Assembly: GCA_041946925.1 (NCBI GenBank) | Contig: JBHGBI010000009.1 | Coordinates: 719-64,718 of the forward strand | Direction of reading: 5' to 3' | Source: Syntrophales bacterium | GTDB lineage: Bacteria > Desulfobacterota > Syntrophia > Syntrophales > UBA4778 | DNA length: 64,000 nucleotides | Shown: positions 27,036-35,706 of the stretch, piece by piece | Layout: each line of letters starts with the position of its first letter | How positions within the stretch are numbered: the stretch's first letter is position 1 | Translations under genes and position numbers: made by a program | The notes under the pieces: model-generated | Told to the model about the DNA's origin: nothing | The model's input: the letters and a program-made list of their open reading frames with translations, nothing else | Database searches by the model: none

Positions 27036-28297
27036 TTTGTCTTTCCTTTCCGCTGTTGCTTCAACATCTCCTTAGCGTCGGCCGAAGCCCCCTTGGAGGA
27101 AACAGGATCGGTCTGCCCGGAAGCGGCCTTGGATGGTGAAGTTGCGCTTTCTGTGCTCTTGAAGTCATGGTCGATCCTGATGGCCGGCTCCGATGCCGCC
27201 GTATTGCGTTCCTTGATCATCTCGCAGATGAAGAGCCGCACATTTTCGCCCTTGTTGAGAATCATCTTATCGAGAGATACAGCCAGAGTGTCTTTAGTAA
27301 GGGGCAATTTAAGAAAATCTTTCTCATCCAGTTCTATCCGGACCACACGGGAACTCTCCCGAATGCCGAGGATGAATTCCTTGAGCTGCAGCCCTTCGCC
27401 ATCGGCAACCACCGTACGGTTAAGATATATGGTTATATCTTTGAAAATGCCCTCAATCGGCACGCGGTTCGTCTGGACATTGAAGCTTTCCGGGATCTCG
27501 CCGGTGTATACAGCCCTGATCATCGCAAGCATCTTTTTCTCTGTGGACATTCCGCTGAAAAAGGACTGGTTCTTCTTGATCCTGTCCCCATCCCCGGATG
27601 ACAGCCGGATGGTCTGTGCCGGAATACGGTCAGGTACCGCAATGATGTTGTAAGTCGCATCGCCGCATACGATGAACATCTCCGACGCTTCGGGTGAGAA
27701 ATAGCTTTTTCTACCCTGCTTCAAATGCTTGAATTTCAGGAATGCATCCTTGCCCGCGAACGATACTGTCATCCCCTTATCCCTGGAGAAGACGACATCC
27801 CGGATATCGCCGCTGCTACAGGTTATCCGGTTTACATCGTTGTCGCTGACGCGGACAGCGGTAGGTGCTTCCGGCATAACTATCGAGGGCTTGCTCGCGC
27901 TCTCGACTACTCGCTGCACGTCCGGAAATTTCTGCCGGCCTCCATCGAAATCAGCCTTCTCCATTTTATAATCATTTATATCACGGGGTTGTTCGAGCCC
28001 GGGCAAAGCCGTGTCCCTGCGTGAGCAGTTTTCTGCATTCGCACCGCATCCGCGTGCTGTAACATGCGGTCTTTCAGCCTCTCCTCTTTTCTTGATGCTC
28101 TCAAGCACCGCCTGCTGTGCTTTGATATCGTCAAGAAACTTACCGGTCTCATTCGTCGGAGACGATTTCCTGGTTTGCGAGGACGGGGAGGAGGCTGCCG
28201 CCGGCGGCTTCTGCTCATCGGCAACCGCGACGGCGGCAGTAAGTAACAGGAGGACGCCTGTCAGAGTTTCAATAAAGACGTGTTTCCTGTCCATCAT
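27032..28297 (-). CDS. traK: TraK secretin-like core protein, extended at both ends
   Basis: VRVSDNDVNRITC, SEMFIVCGDATYNIIAVPDRIPAQTIRL; located between traE and traB. Confidence 0.85.
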   Translation of the reverse strand: MMDRKHVFIETLTGVLLLLTAAVAVADEQKPPAAASSPSSQTRKSSPTNETGKFLDDIKAQQAVLESIKKRGEAERPHVTARGCGANAENCSRRDTALPGLEQPRDINDYKMEKADFDGGRQKFPDVQRVVESASKPSIVMPEAPTAVRVSDNDVNRITCSSGDIRDVVFSRDKGMTVSFAGKDAFLKFKHLKQGRKSYFSPEASEMFIVCGDATYNIIAVPDRIPAQTIRLSSGDGDRIKKNQSFFSGMSTEKKMLAMIRAVYTGEIPESFNVQTNRVPIEGIFKDITIYLNRTVVADGEGLQLKEFILGIRESSRVVRIELDEKDFLKLPLTKDTLAVSLDKMILNKGENVRLFICEMIKERNTAASEPAIRIDHDFKSTESATSPSKAASGQTDPVSSKGASADAKEMLKQQRKGKTK

Positions 28298-28872
28298 CTT
28301 CCTGTGCTCCCGTTCCCATCGCCTGTTTCAGAAACGGAAAGTATGGAGAACTTGCCGTTGTTGATCTTGTATTCTATGAGATAGGTCTTGGCGAGATCCT
28401 CCACCTTGCGGTCGTCTATATAAAGCCTGCGCACACCAAAGACTTCGACCCGCTTTTTTACGGTATCGATAGAGACACGATCTATATAAAAAGACGAATT
28501 CGAACGTGTCTCGATGACATTTTCCGCCAGATTGTAGAAGGTGGTCTTGCCGGCCGCATAAGCCTCGGGAGCGAAAAGCGTGAGGAGTTCCTCGAATTGT
28601 CGTTTCACAGTGGCCGGTGTATAGTTAAATGCCAGCCCTGACACATAGCGGGAAAACGCCATAACATAGTTTTTGTCGAGATAGTCCCCCCGGATCTCCG
28701 CCTTCACATCAAGACCAGGAGGCACAATGATCACTCGCTGGTAGTTAAGGGACCGCTGGATCATCACAGTATTGAAGAGCACGACTATACCGATAACGGT
28801 CACCACGAATCTCAGAAGCCTGTTTTCAGCCTGGACATCGGCTTTTTTGTTGAGAAAGATTTTGAAATTCAT
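28294..28872 (-). CDS. traE: TraE pilus assembly protein
   Basis: ENRLLRF, RVIIVPPGL, LAFNYTPATVKRQF; start re-called at ATG 28872. Confidence 0.9.
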   Translation of the reverse strand: MNFKIFLNKKADVQAENRLLRFVVTVIGIVVLFNTVMIQRSLNYQRVIIVPPGLDVKAEIRGDYLDKNYVMAFSRYVSGLAFNYTPATVKRQFEELLTLFAPEAYAAGKTTFYNLAENVIETRSNSSFYIDRVSIDTVKKRVEVFGVRRLYIDDRKVEDLAKTYLIEYKINNGKFSILSVSETGDGNGSTGR

Positions 28873-28882
28873 TTGCTCGCCT

Positions 28883-29152
28883 TTATTCAATGAAAGTGTC
28901 CTCGAAATAGCTCGGGTAACCCTCAAGCTTGATGAGCCCCGCAAAGTAGAGCACGTGCCGGAAGAAACCGCGGGGGAAGCGTTTCTTCAGCCGTCCGTAG
29001 TACCAAGGCCCCACGATGACCATCATCCACATGTACCAGCCTCCATAGATCAGAGCAAAAGTGAAAGCGGCGATCATGATTCCCATGTCGTCCGGCTCAA
29101 ACCAGAGGACCTGGATAGGCGCAGCGAGGTATTGGGGAAACGGCCTATGCAT
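28883..29152 (-). CDS. traL: TraL pilus assembly protein
   Basis: FPQYLAAPIQVLWFEPDD, KKRFPRGFFRHVLYFAG; GGAGG RBS before ATG 29152. Confidence 0.9.
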   Translation of the reverse strand: MHRPFPQYLAAPIQVLWFEPDDMGIMIAAFTFALIYGGWYMWMMVIVGPWYYGRLKKRFPRGFFRHVLYFAGLIKLEGYPSYFEDTFIE

Positions 29153-29162
29153 ACGCCTCCAT

Positions 29163-29471
29163 CTAAAACAGGAGGCCCAGGCTTGTGACAATCGCATCCG
29201 CCTTGAGCAAGGCTGCGCCTCCGAGGAGTGCGGGAATGGCCCCTCCGATATTCTGCCGGATCGCGAGACTTGCCCCGTACGCTACAGCCCCGAGGCCGGC
29301 AACAAACCCGATGGGACCCTTTAATATAGAATTGACCGACAGGTCATAGATGTCATAGGCAAAGCTGCCGGCGGCAGGGGCGCCGATCGCGAAAGCATCC
29401 CTTGCGGCAAGAAAAATTGTGACAACAGCCGGAATAACAATCAACCAGGGACGAATGCACAAGTCTCTCAT
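29163..29471 (-). CDS. traA: Conjugative pilin TraA (propilin)
   Basis: Leader ending AFA, two hydrophobic segments (ILKGPIGFVAG; PALLGGAALLKADAIVTSLG); directly upstream of traL. Confidence 0.8.
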   Translation of the reverse strand: MRDLCIRPWLIVIPAVVTIFLAARDAFAIGAPAAGSFAYDIYDLSVNSILKGPIGFVAGLGAVAYGASLAIRQNIGGAIPALLGGAALLKADAIVTSLGLLF

Positions 29472-29495
29472 TGCATGATCTCCTCTTGTGATAAA

Positions 29496-30278
29496 TTATT
29501 TCAACAGCTCGTCCATCATCCGGAAATTCGCACCGGCAACATATTTACCATCAATCCAGAATACCGGTGTGCCGTTGATCCCGATTTTATTGGCCGCATT
29601 CGCGTGTGCGACCAGCATGTCCATGGCCCGGGAAGGAATAATTTGTTTACTCATATCCTCCTTGTCCAGTTTGCCCGACATGACGTCGTAATAGGCTTTG
29701 GCCTTGTCGGAAGCCGCCAGTATATACTTGCTCTTTTCTTCCGCCCTGGGATGCAGTGCCGGCATCGGCCTTAGAAAGACGTATTTCGTGACGTCTTTCC
29801 CCTTGAGATACTCAGCGGCTCTACGGCAGTGAGGGCAATCGGGGTCAGTAAACTCGATCACTTTGTGCCTCCCGTTACCGATCACAAGCGCAGACTCGAG
29901 CGGTATCTGGCTGAATTTCGAAGCCTGTATGGAATCCTTTTTCTCCTGAGTGAGAGATTTCATATTCTTGTCAATAAGGTCCCCGAAAAGAATCATGTCG
30001 GCTCCGGGAAAGTAATAGAACACCAGAAACCCGCCCCGTCCCGTCATCTCGTAGACGCCCTCGATGGGAGTCTTTGCGGCGGACTGCGCCCTGATGCCGG
30101 GAAAAGACGCACTGAATTTCTGCAGCACCTCCTTTTCAGCGGATACTGACACTGCCTGGACCGCGGACGCCGGGATCCGGTCTTTTTTCGCTTTGTTCGG
30201 CGGCGCAGGAAAGCCGGACGCAGCAACAATCAACGCGAAAAATACAATAACAGGTGCAATAAAAAATCTTCTTTTCAT
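29496..30278 (-). CDS. dsbC: DsbC-family thiol:disulfide isomerase
   Basis: KTPIEGVYE dimerization domain, FTDPDCPHC, INGTP. Confidence 0.9.
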   Translation of the reverse strand: MKRRFFIAPVIVFFALIVAASGFPAPPNKAKKDRIPASAVQAVSVSAEKEVLQKFSASFPGIRAQSAAKTPIEGVYEMTGRGGFLVFYYFPGADMILFGDLIDKNMKSLTQEKKDSIQASKFSQIPLESALVIGNGRHKVIEFTDPDCPHCRRAAEYLKGKDVTKYVFLRPMPALHPRAEEKSKYILAASDKAKAYYDVMSGKLDKEDMSKQIIPSRAMDMLVAHANAANKIGINGTPVFWIDGKYVAGANFRMMDELLK

Positions 30279-30529
30279 TTAACCGTCTCCTTTTCGTATA
30301 TCTTTGTAAACCGCAGTGGCAGCCGGATCTGCACGACCGGAGTGACCGTGATTTTCTCCGGCGCCTTTCTTCGAGGACAATTTCCGCAAATGATGAATCC
30401 CCTGCCTTCGCCGGCGGATTCCACCACCTGGCCGTATTCGTATAGAATATCAGCCGGCCGGACCTCGGTAGCAAGGCAGGTGGATGCGGCAAGAATCAAA
30501 CCTAGAGGAACACTGATTGCTGATTTCAC
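30275..30529 (-). CDS. Small exported protein with CxxC (84 aa)
   Basis: Signal peptide, FIICGNCP; GTGA overlap with the upstream ORF and ATGA overlap with dsbC. Confidence 0.65.
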   Translation of the reverse strand: MKSAISVPLGLILAASTCLATEVRPADILYEYGQVVESAGEGRGFIICGNCPRRKAPEKITVTPVVQIRLPLRFTKIYEKETVK

Positions 30530-30741
30530 TTGTAGGGCCTCGTATCGAGTAATTTCATTACAGCTTCCCTTCCGTCGTTTAAGGCCTTCTGGATTCTTTC
30601 CTGCAGTAGGCCTTCATTGTAACCGCTCCAGAGTAACCAGAGGCAGAGCAACATAATCAGAATGAATATACTCTTGATGATATGGAAATGGAGAAATCCC
30701 TTTGAACTGTTAAGTCTCGTGTGGAGGCGAGAAGGGTGCAT
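30526..30741 (-). CDS. Small single-TM protein (71 aa), first gene of the tra operon
   Basis: Strong RBS GGAGGAG before ATG; TM IIKSIFILIMLLCLWLLW; stop overlaps the next start. Confidence 0.6.
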   Translation of the reverse strand: MHPSRLHTRLNSSKGFLHFHIIKSIFILIMLLCLWLLWSGYNEGLLQERIQKALNDGREAVMKLLDTRPYK

Positions 30742-30912
30742 GGTCTCCTCCGTTCAATACTTAATATCAGGAGCCGTTAAAAAAATGTTTAATTCGGTGA
30801 TTTATGTGAGGAAAAAGGACAGTCGACGAAAGGTAAACCGGTGGAAATTAAAATGTTCGACTGGAGAGAGCCGCCGGACCCTTGAACATTTCGGGGGCAG
30901 GCTCCCGGCTTT

Positions 30913-31755
30913 TCACTTCGAGAGGAAATCCAGGACCAGCCTGTTGAATTCCTCCGGTTTTTCGAAGTTCGGCATATGACCGCACTCCTCAATGATGTGG
31001 AGCTCGGAGCCGGGGATCTTTTCGAGGGCGGTAAAGGCGTGCTTGAGCGGGAGCACCGCATCCTGCCTTCCCCATATGATCAGAGTGGGGGCTTTTATCC
31101 GGTGGAGATTCGACAGGATATAGGACAGTGCCTGCTTATTCACCCCGAAAATGTTGCACATCGACCTCAAGACCTTCAGCAGGGCCTTCCGGGCGCCGGG
31201 GAGTGAAAAGAGCTCGTAATACAGTTCCGTAAAGGCTCCCTTCAGAATCGCGGGATTCAACACGGCTGGCTTGAAGAAAAGATAGACTTCTCTTTTGCTC
31301 GGTTTTGTCAGGACTTCGCCGACCAGGGGGAGGGACATGATCCTCATGGACAGGGGAAGTTCCCGACCGAGCCCCGCACTGTCCACGAGGACGAGCTTCT
31401 CGATTTTTTCAGGATGGTGGAGCGCATAATGCAGGCAGATCCCGCCCCCCATTGAAAGGCCTACGAGCGTCACCTTTTCAATGTTCACAGCGGCCAGGAA
31501 TCCATCCACAAAACGGGTAAAAAAAGAAGAGTCGTAGGGACCAACCGGCTTATCGGACCGCCCGAAACCCGGCAGGTCCACGGCGTACACGCGATGCCCT
31601 CCCGCGGAGAGTGCCTGTATATTTCGCTCCCATATTTCTACTGACGCGCCGAACCCGTGAATGAGCGCAACCGCCCTTCCCCGGTTTCCCGCCTGCTGAT
31701 AGCGGATCCTGAGCGGACCTACAAGGACGTATCTGTCTTCCGGTCTTTCAGGCAT
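30913..31755 (-). CDS. Alpha/beta fold hydrolase
   Basis: LIHGFGAS, DLPGFGRS, GLSMGG nucleophile, CGHMP. Confidence 0.93.
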   Translation of the reverse strand: MPERPEDRYVLVGPLRIRYQQAGNRGRAVALIHGFGASVEIWERNIQALSAGGHRVYAVDLPGFGRSDKPVGPYDSSFFTRFVDGFLAAVNIEKVTLVGLSMGGGICLHYALHHPEKIEKLVLVDSAGLGRELPLSMRIMSLPLVGEVLTKPSKREVYLFFKPAVLNPAILKGAFTELYYELFSLPGARKALLKVLRSMCNIFGVNKQALSYILSNLHRIKAPTLIIWGRQDAVLPLKHAFTALEKIPGSELHIIEECGHMPNFEKPEEFNRLVLDFLSK

Positions 31756-31773
31756 GAGCTTCCCGAGCCATTG

Positions 31774-33045
31774 TCAGAATTCCGATTTTCCAGTACTCGC
31801 CGGCAGAAAAATGTAAAAAACCGTGCCGACGCCCACTTCGGATTCGACTGTAATCAGGCCGTCATGATTTTTTATAATAGAGGAGGAGATCGCCAGGCCC
31901 AGTCCCATCCCCTTTCCTTTTTCCGCGGTCTTGGTCGTAAAGTACGGGTCAAAAATCCTGGAGAGGTTTTCCCTGGGGATACCGGGTCCCCGGTCCCGTA
32001 TGGAGATCCTTACATAATTTCCTTTCGGCAGGGACAATCCCTCTTTGACGCCAATCGCAATGTTGCAGGCCTCCAGATCAATCTCCCCCCCGCCGGGCAT
32101 GGCCTCTCTCGCATTCACGATTATACTCTGAATGACATGCTTAAGCTGCTTTGTGTCGACATTAACCATCCAGAGGTCGCCGGCAATGGAAAAGCGGCAT
32201 CGGATTTCGGACCCGCTCAGGGCCTCTTCCACAGATTCCCGCAGGAGAGGGGCAATGGATACCACTTTCCGCAACGGGTATCCGCCCTTCGCAAAAGTGA
32301 TAAGGCGGTGAGCCAGCTCCTTGGCCTGCAGACCCGCTTTTTCCGCGATCGCCAGCCCTTCCTCCAGGAGCTTGTCTTCGTCGGTGGCCGACAGTCTTGC
32401 AAGAAAAATATTCCTCAAAATGGCCGACAGCAGGTTGTCGAAATCACGTGCCACACCCCCGGCGAATGTGCCGAGCGACTCGAACTTCCTGATCCTGATG
32501 AGTTCATCCTCGGCACGCACCCGCTCTGTGATGTCTTCAAGTGTCTCGATCGCGCCGACCATTTCCCCGCGTGAATCCCGGATGGCAGCCGCCGTAAAGC
32601 GAAGCCATTTCCCTGCCTCTCCGAGCTCCGGGAAAAAATCGGTCGCCTCGTACGCCTCTTCAATCAAAACCGACTTGCTCCCCTTACCTGAATACCACTC
32701 GCGGACCGTGTCAAACGCCTCATCCACGATGAGATCGGCCATGCAGGGCCTTTCCGACCGGTAGAATGCCCTCCAGTGCTGATTCGTGCCAACTACGTCC
32801 TCGGCTTTAATTTTACTGAGCTCTTCGAGGGCCCTGTTCCAGTAAAGCACCCGATGATCACTGCCGATGACGAACGCCGGTATCGGGGAGCCCTGAATGA
32901 TGCTCTCCAGCCGCCGTTCGCTTTCTTTGAGCGCATCCTCGGCCCGCTTTCTTCCCGCTTCCTGGGCCTCCAGTTCGCGTACCCTGTCCTCAAGGGCCTC
33001 CAGTTCACGGATCAGTTCTGCTTTTGTCCTGTCCTGCCTTTTCAT
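31774..33045 (-). CDS. PAS-domain sensor histidine kinase homolog lacking the phospho-acceptor His
   Basis: PAS, HisKA-like GGVARDFDNLL, HATPase DRGPGI / FDPYFTTK / GMGLGLAI; start re-called at ATG 33045. Confidence 0.85.
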   Translation of the reverse strand: MKRQDRTKAELIRELEALEDRVRELEAQEAGRKRAEDALKESERRLESIIQGSPIPAFVIGSDHRVLYWNRALEELSKIKAEDVVGTNQHWRAFYRSERPCMADLIVDEAFDTVREWYSGKGSKSVLIEEAYEATDFFPELGEAGKWLRFTAAAIRDSRGEMVGAIETLEDITERVRAEDELIRIRKFESLGTFAGGVARDFDNLLSAILRNIFLARLSATDEDKLLEEGLAIAEKAGLQAKELAHRLITFAKGGYPLRKVVSIAPLLRESVEEALSGSEIRCRFSIAGDLWMVNVDTKQLKHVIQSIIVNAREAMPGGGEIDLEACNIAIGVKEGLSLPKGNYVRISIRDRGPGIPRENLSRIFDPYFTTKTAEKGKGMGLGLAISSSIIKNHDGLITVESEVGVGTVFYIFLPASTGKSEF

Positions 33046-33505
33046 CTCCGCCTGCGATCCCAAAAAGCAAAATCCCGTCTCGTTTATTGCAGACGGGATC
33101 TGAAATCGTCCTGGCCATGGCGCCCGACCGAATATTAGCACGTTGCTGGAAAAACGCTCATCGCCCAGATGCAGGCGATGGCTAAAGATTCCGGGCGAAA
33201 GACAAGCAGCTGGTCCGCGCCTCTTTCACCTTTGGTCTTCAGCAATTATACGCGAGTTCATTTAATAATTCAAGCGATTCCCTCTTGAACCCGAGCTATA
33301 TGTCAAGGGAGCGGTGTCAACATAATTGTTTTTCGCATACTTTCGAGGCTCAATATCGTTTGTACTGTCTTGTGCTTTATGATAACTTTTATTTATGTAC
33401 CCGAAAAAGAGCATCCGCCTATGCCCTCATCTTTGCATCTGGAATCGCGTACCAGGCAAGACGGGCTTTGCCGTAAATTGAATGCGGCGACGCTATTGAA
33501 CGGAC

Positions 33506-34387
33506 ATGAATGCCCCTGAAAGCAAATTTGTAACAGTCAACCGTCTGAAACTACACTACCTGGAGTGGAACGAGTGTGAAGAGCCGGCCATGATCCTGCT
33601 TCACGGGATCGGCGATAACGGCTATATCTGGGAGCATTTCGCCCGGATGTCGGCAGATTATTTTCGCATCATCGCGCCGGATCAGCGAGGACACGGCAGA
33701 AGCGAATGGGCCATCCCTCCCGCTTACTGCTGCGACGATTATGTGAGCGACATTTCCGCGCTGATAGACACTCTCAAACTGAACCGCCTGATACTCATGG
33801 GGCATTCCATGGGGGCCCTGCACGCAACGCGTTACGCATCTCTGCATCCCGAAAAAATCGCCGCTCTGATCCATGTCGATATCGAACCCTGCCCGCCGGC
33901 ATGGAATAAAAAGTACCTGGCCAATCTTTACGAATCTCTTCCGGATACTTATGAATCGGTTGAAGAATACATTGAACAGGCCCGGATAAACAGTCCTTTT
34001 GCCGATAGGGAGACGCTGTTGGCCGTCGCCCTGCGCTCTCTTGACAGGGGAGTGGACGGAAAATTCCGGCGTCAGTACGACAGGGAGGTCCTCCGCTGTT
34101 TCGATGCTTATGACCTGCGTCCTGATTTGAGAAATATACGTTGCCCTTCGCTCATCGTGCGCGGGCGGCAGAGCCGGGTCATGAGCAGAGAGAAAGCCAG
34201 AGAAATGAGCCTTGAGATTCCGAACGGGCGATTAGCCGAGATACCGGAAGCAGCGCATCCAGTGCATACGGACAATCCCCGCGGATTTGGGCGGGCCGTT
34301 CTCGATTTCCTCAGCGGGATAAGTCTGATCGCCCGGCGTACTTCTGGCGACGAATTTCAGAAGAACCAGGATCTGTCCAGGAGGTAA
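33506..34387 (+). CDS. Alpha/beta fold hydrolase
   Basis: LLHGIGDN, DQRGHGRS, GHSMG, AAHPVH. Confidence 0.92.
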   Translation: MNAPESKFVTVNRLKLHYLEWNECEEPAMILLHGIGDNGYIWEHFARMSADYFRIIAPDQRGHGRSEWAIPPAYCCDDYVSDISALIDTLKLNRLILMGHSMGALHATRYASLHPEKIAALIHVDIEPCPPAWNKKYLANLYESLPDTYESVEEYIEQARINSPFADRETLLAVALRSLDRGVDGKFRRQYDREVLRCFDAYDLRPDLRNIRCPSLIVRGRQSRVMSREKAREMSLEIPNGRLAEIPEAAHPVHTDNPRGFGRAVLDFLSGISLIARRTSGDEFQKNQDLSRR

Positions 34388-34391
34388 GTCC

Positions 34392-34958
34392 ATGAAAGAC
34401 TCTAATCCGCAGTTGATGTACCGCAGCAGGATCTTCGAAGTCTATGAAGAAGATGTTTCCATGCCGGACGGACGGGTGGTGCGGCAAAGCCGCATAGAAC
34501 ACAAGCCGACCATTGCGGTAGTACCCGTGGATCCCGCGGGCAGGATAATCCTTATCCGGCAGTACCGCTCGGCGGTCAGGCAATACCTGCTCGAGATACC
34601 CGCGGGCACTCTGGACAAGGCGGACGAATCCATCGAACAATGTGTCCAGCGGGAACTGGCGGAAGAAACCGGTTTCAAATCCGGGCGGCTCGTCAAACTC
34701 TACGAAGGATATCTTGTACCCGGGTACTGTGATGAATATATGCACTTCTATCTGGCTCTCGATCTCTTCGAGGAAAAGCTCCCCTCGGATGAGGACGAAT
34801 TCATTGAGACGGTTTTCACGACAGTCGAAGAAGCGCTCTCCATGATCAGGGACGGATCCATCAAGGACAGTAAAACCGCGCTTGGAATCCTTCTGGCATC
34901 AGGGTACCTGAACGGAAAGCAGGCAATCCGACAGACGGAGTCGTCATGGCGGAAGTGA
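34392..34958 (+). CDS. NUDIX hydrolase (ADP-ribose pyrophosphatase-like)
   Basis: Nudix box GTLDKADESIEQCVQRELAEETG; IKDSKT. Confidence 0.93.
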   Translation: MKDSNPQLMYRSRIFEVYEEDVSMPDGRVVRQSRIEHKPTIAVVPVDPAGRIILIRQYRSAVRQYLLEIPAGTLDKADESIEQCVQRELAEETGFKSGRLVKLYEGYLVPGYCDEYMHFYLALDLFEEKLPSDEDEFIETVFTTVEEALSMIRDGSIKDSKTALGILLASGYLNGKQAIRQTESSWRK

Positions 34959-35647
34959 AGCAATTCCGCTACGCCGCGGACAATCTAGGGTATCTTATTT
35001 ACAGCGCCAGCCAGGCTGTCGTCGTCGATGGAGGTGCTTTCCGGGATATTCTTTCTTTTATCCGGTCCCGCAACCTTGATCTCCTGTGGATTTCCAACAC
35101 GCACTCCCATGCAGACCATATGGTCGGCAACCGCGCCCTCCTGGAAAACTCCAATGCCCGCTATCTGAGCTACTTCGACCTGCTTGATATGCGGCTCCTG
35201 GAGCTCAACGGAAGCAGCATCACCGTTTACCGTACCCCGGGTCACACAGTCGATTCCGTCTGCTTTCGCACAGGCCGTTTCCTCCTGACCGGCGACACCC
35301 TTTTCAACGGTACTGTAGGGAATTGTTTTTCAGGCGATCTGAAGATCTTTTTCCATTCCGTCAAAAGGATCATGACCCTGCCCGGGGATACCGTGATTTA
35401 CGCGGGGCACGATTATGTCCGCGATTCCATGAAATTCGCCCGCAGGCTCGATCCGGACAACCCGGATATCGATTCGTTCATGAAGAAATATGAACCCGGC
35501 CACGTGCTTTCGACCCTGGATGATGAGTTCAGGATCAATCCCTATCTGCGCTTCAATGAGGAAAGAATCGTATCCTTGTTGAAAAAAAGGGGACTGCCCG
35601 TGGACACGGAATGGGACCGCTGGAAATCCCTGATGAGTATCGAGTAA
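34946..35647 (+). CDS. gloB: Hydroxyacylglutathione hydrolase-like metallo-beta-lactamase fold protein
   Basis: THSHADH, TPGHT, TGDTLF, YAGHDY, STLDDEFRINPYLR. Confidence 0.85.
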   Translation: MAEVKQFRYAADNLGYLIYSASQAVVVDGGAFRDILSFIRSRNLDLLWISNTHSHADHMVGNRALLENSNARYLSYFDLLDMRLLELNGSSITVYRTPGHTVDSVCFRTGRFLLTGDTLFNGTVGNCFSGDLKIFFHSVKRIMTLPGDTVIYAGHDYVRDSMKFARRLDPDNPDIDSFMKKYEPGHVLSTLDDEFRINPYLRFNEERIVSLLKKRGLPVDTEWDRWKSLMSIE

Positions 35648-35706
35648 TATTGTCACTGGACGCCGGTCGCCGAAAGCATCCGCGGAAATCCGGGGCGAAA
35701 GTTTTT

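Larger units (their letters stand above)
5576..30741 (-). other. F-type (MPF_F) type IV secretion / mating-pair formation gene cluster without relaxase, T4CP or integrase
   Basis: 19 co-oriented, mostly overlapping or abutting intact genes matching TraA,L,E,K,B,V,C,N,N,W,U,TrbC,TrbI,TrhF,TraF,H,G plus DsbC and two small ORFs; flanked directly by housekeeping genes. Confidence 0.9.

Noticed and set aside
30780-30900. c-di-GMP-I riboswitch or sigma28 promoter upstream of the tra operon
   Set aside because: GGTAAACC..GAAA is on the wrong strand and lacks the P2 motif; the sigma28-like -10 is too weak; the imperfect CAGTCGA/TCGACTG inverted repeat is unsupported
33140-33246. Degenerate MITE (TTGCTGGAAAA / TCTTCAGCAA ends)
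   Set aside because: Inverted ends are short and mismatched; cannot be told from chance without genome-wide copies
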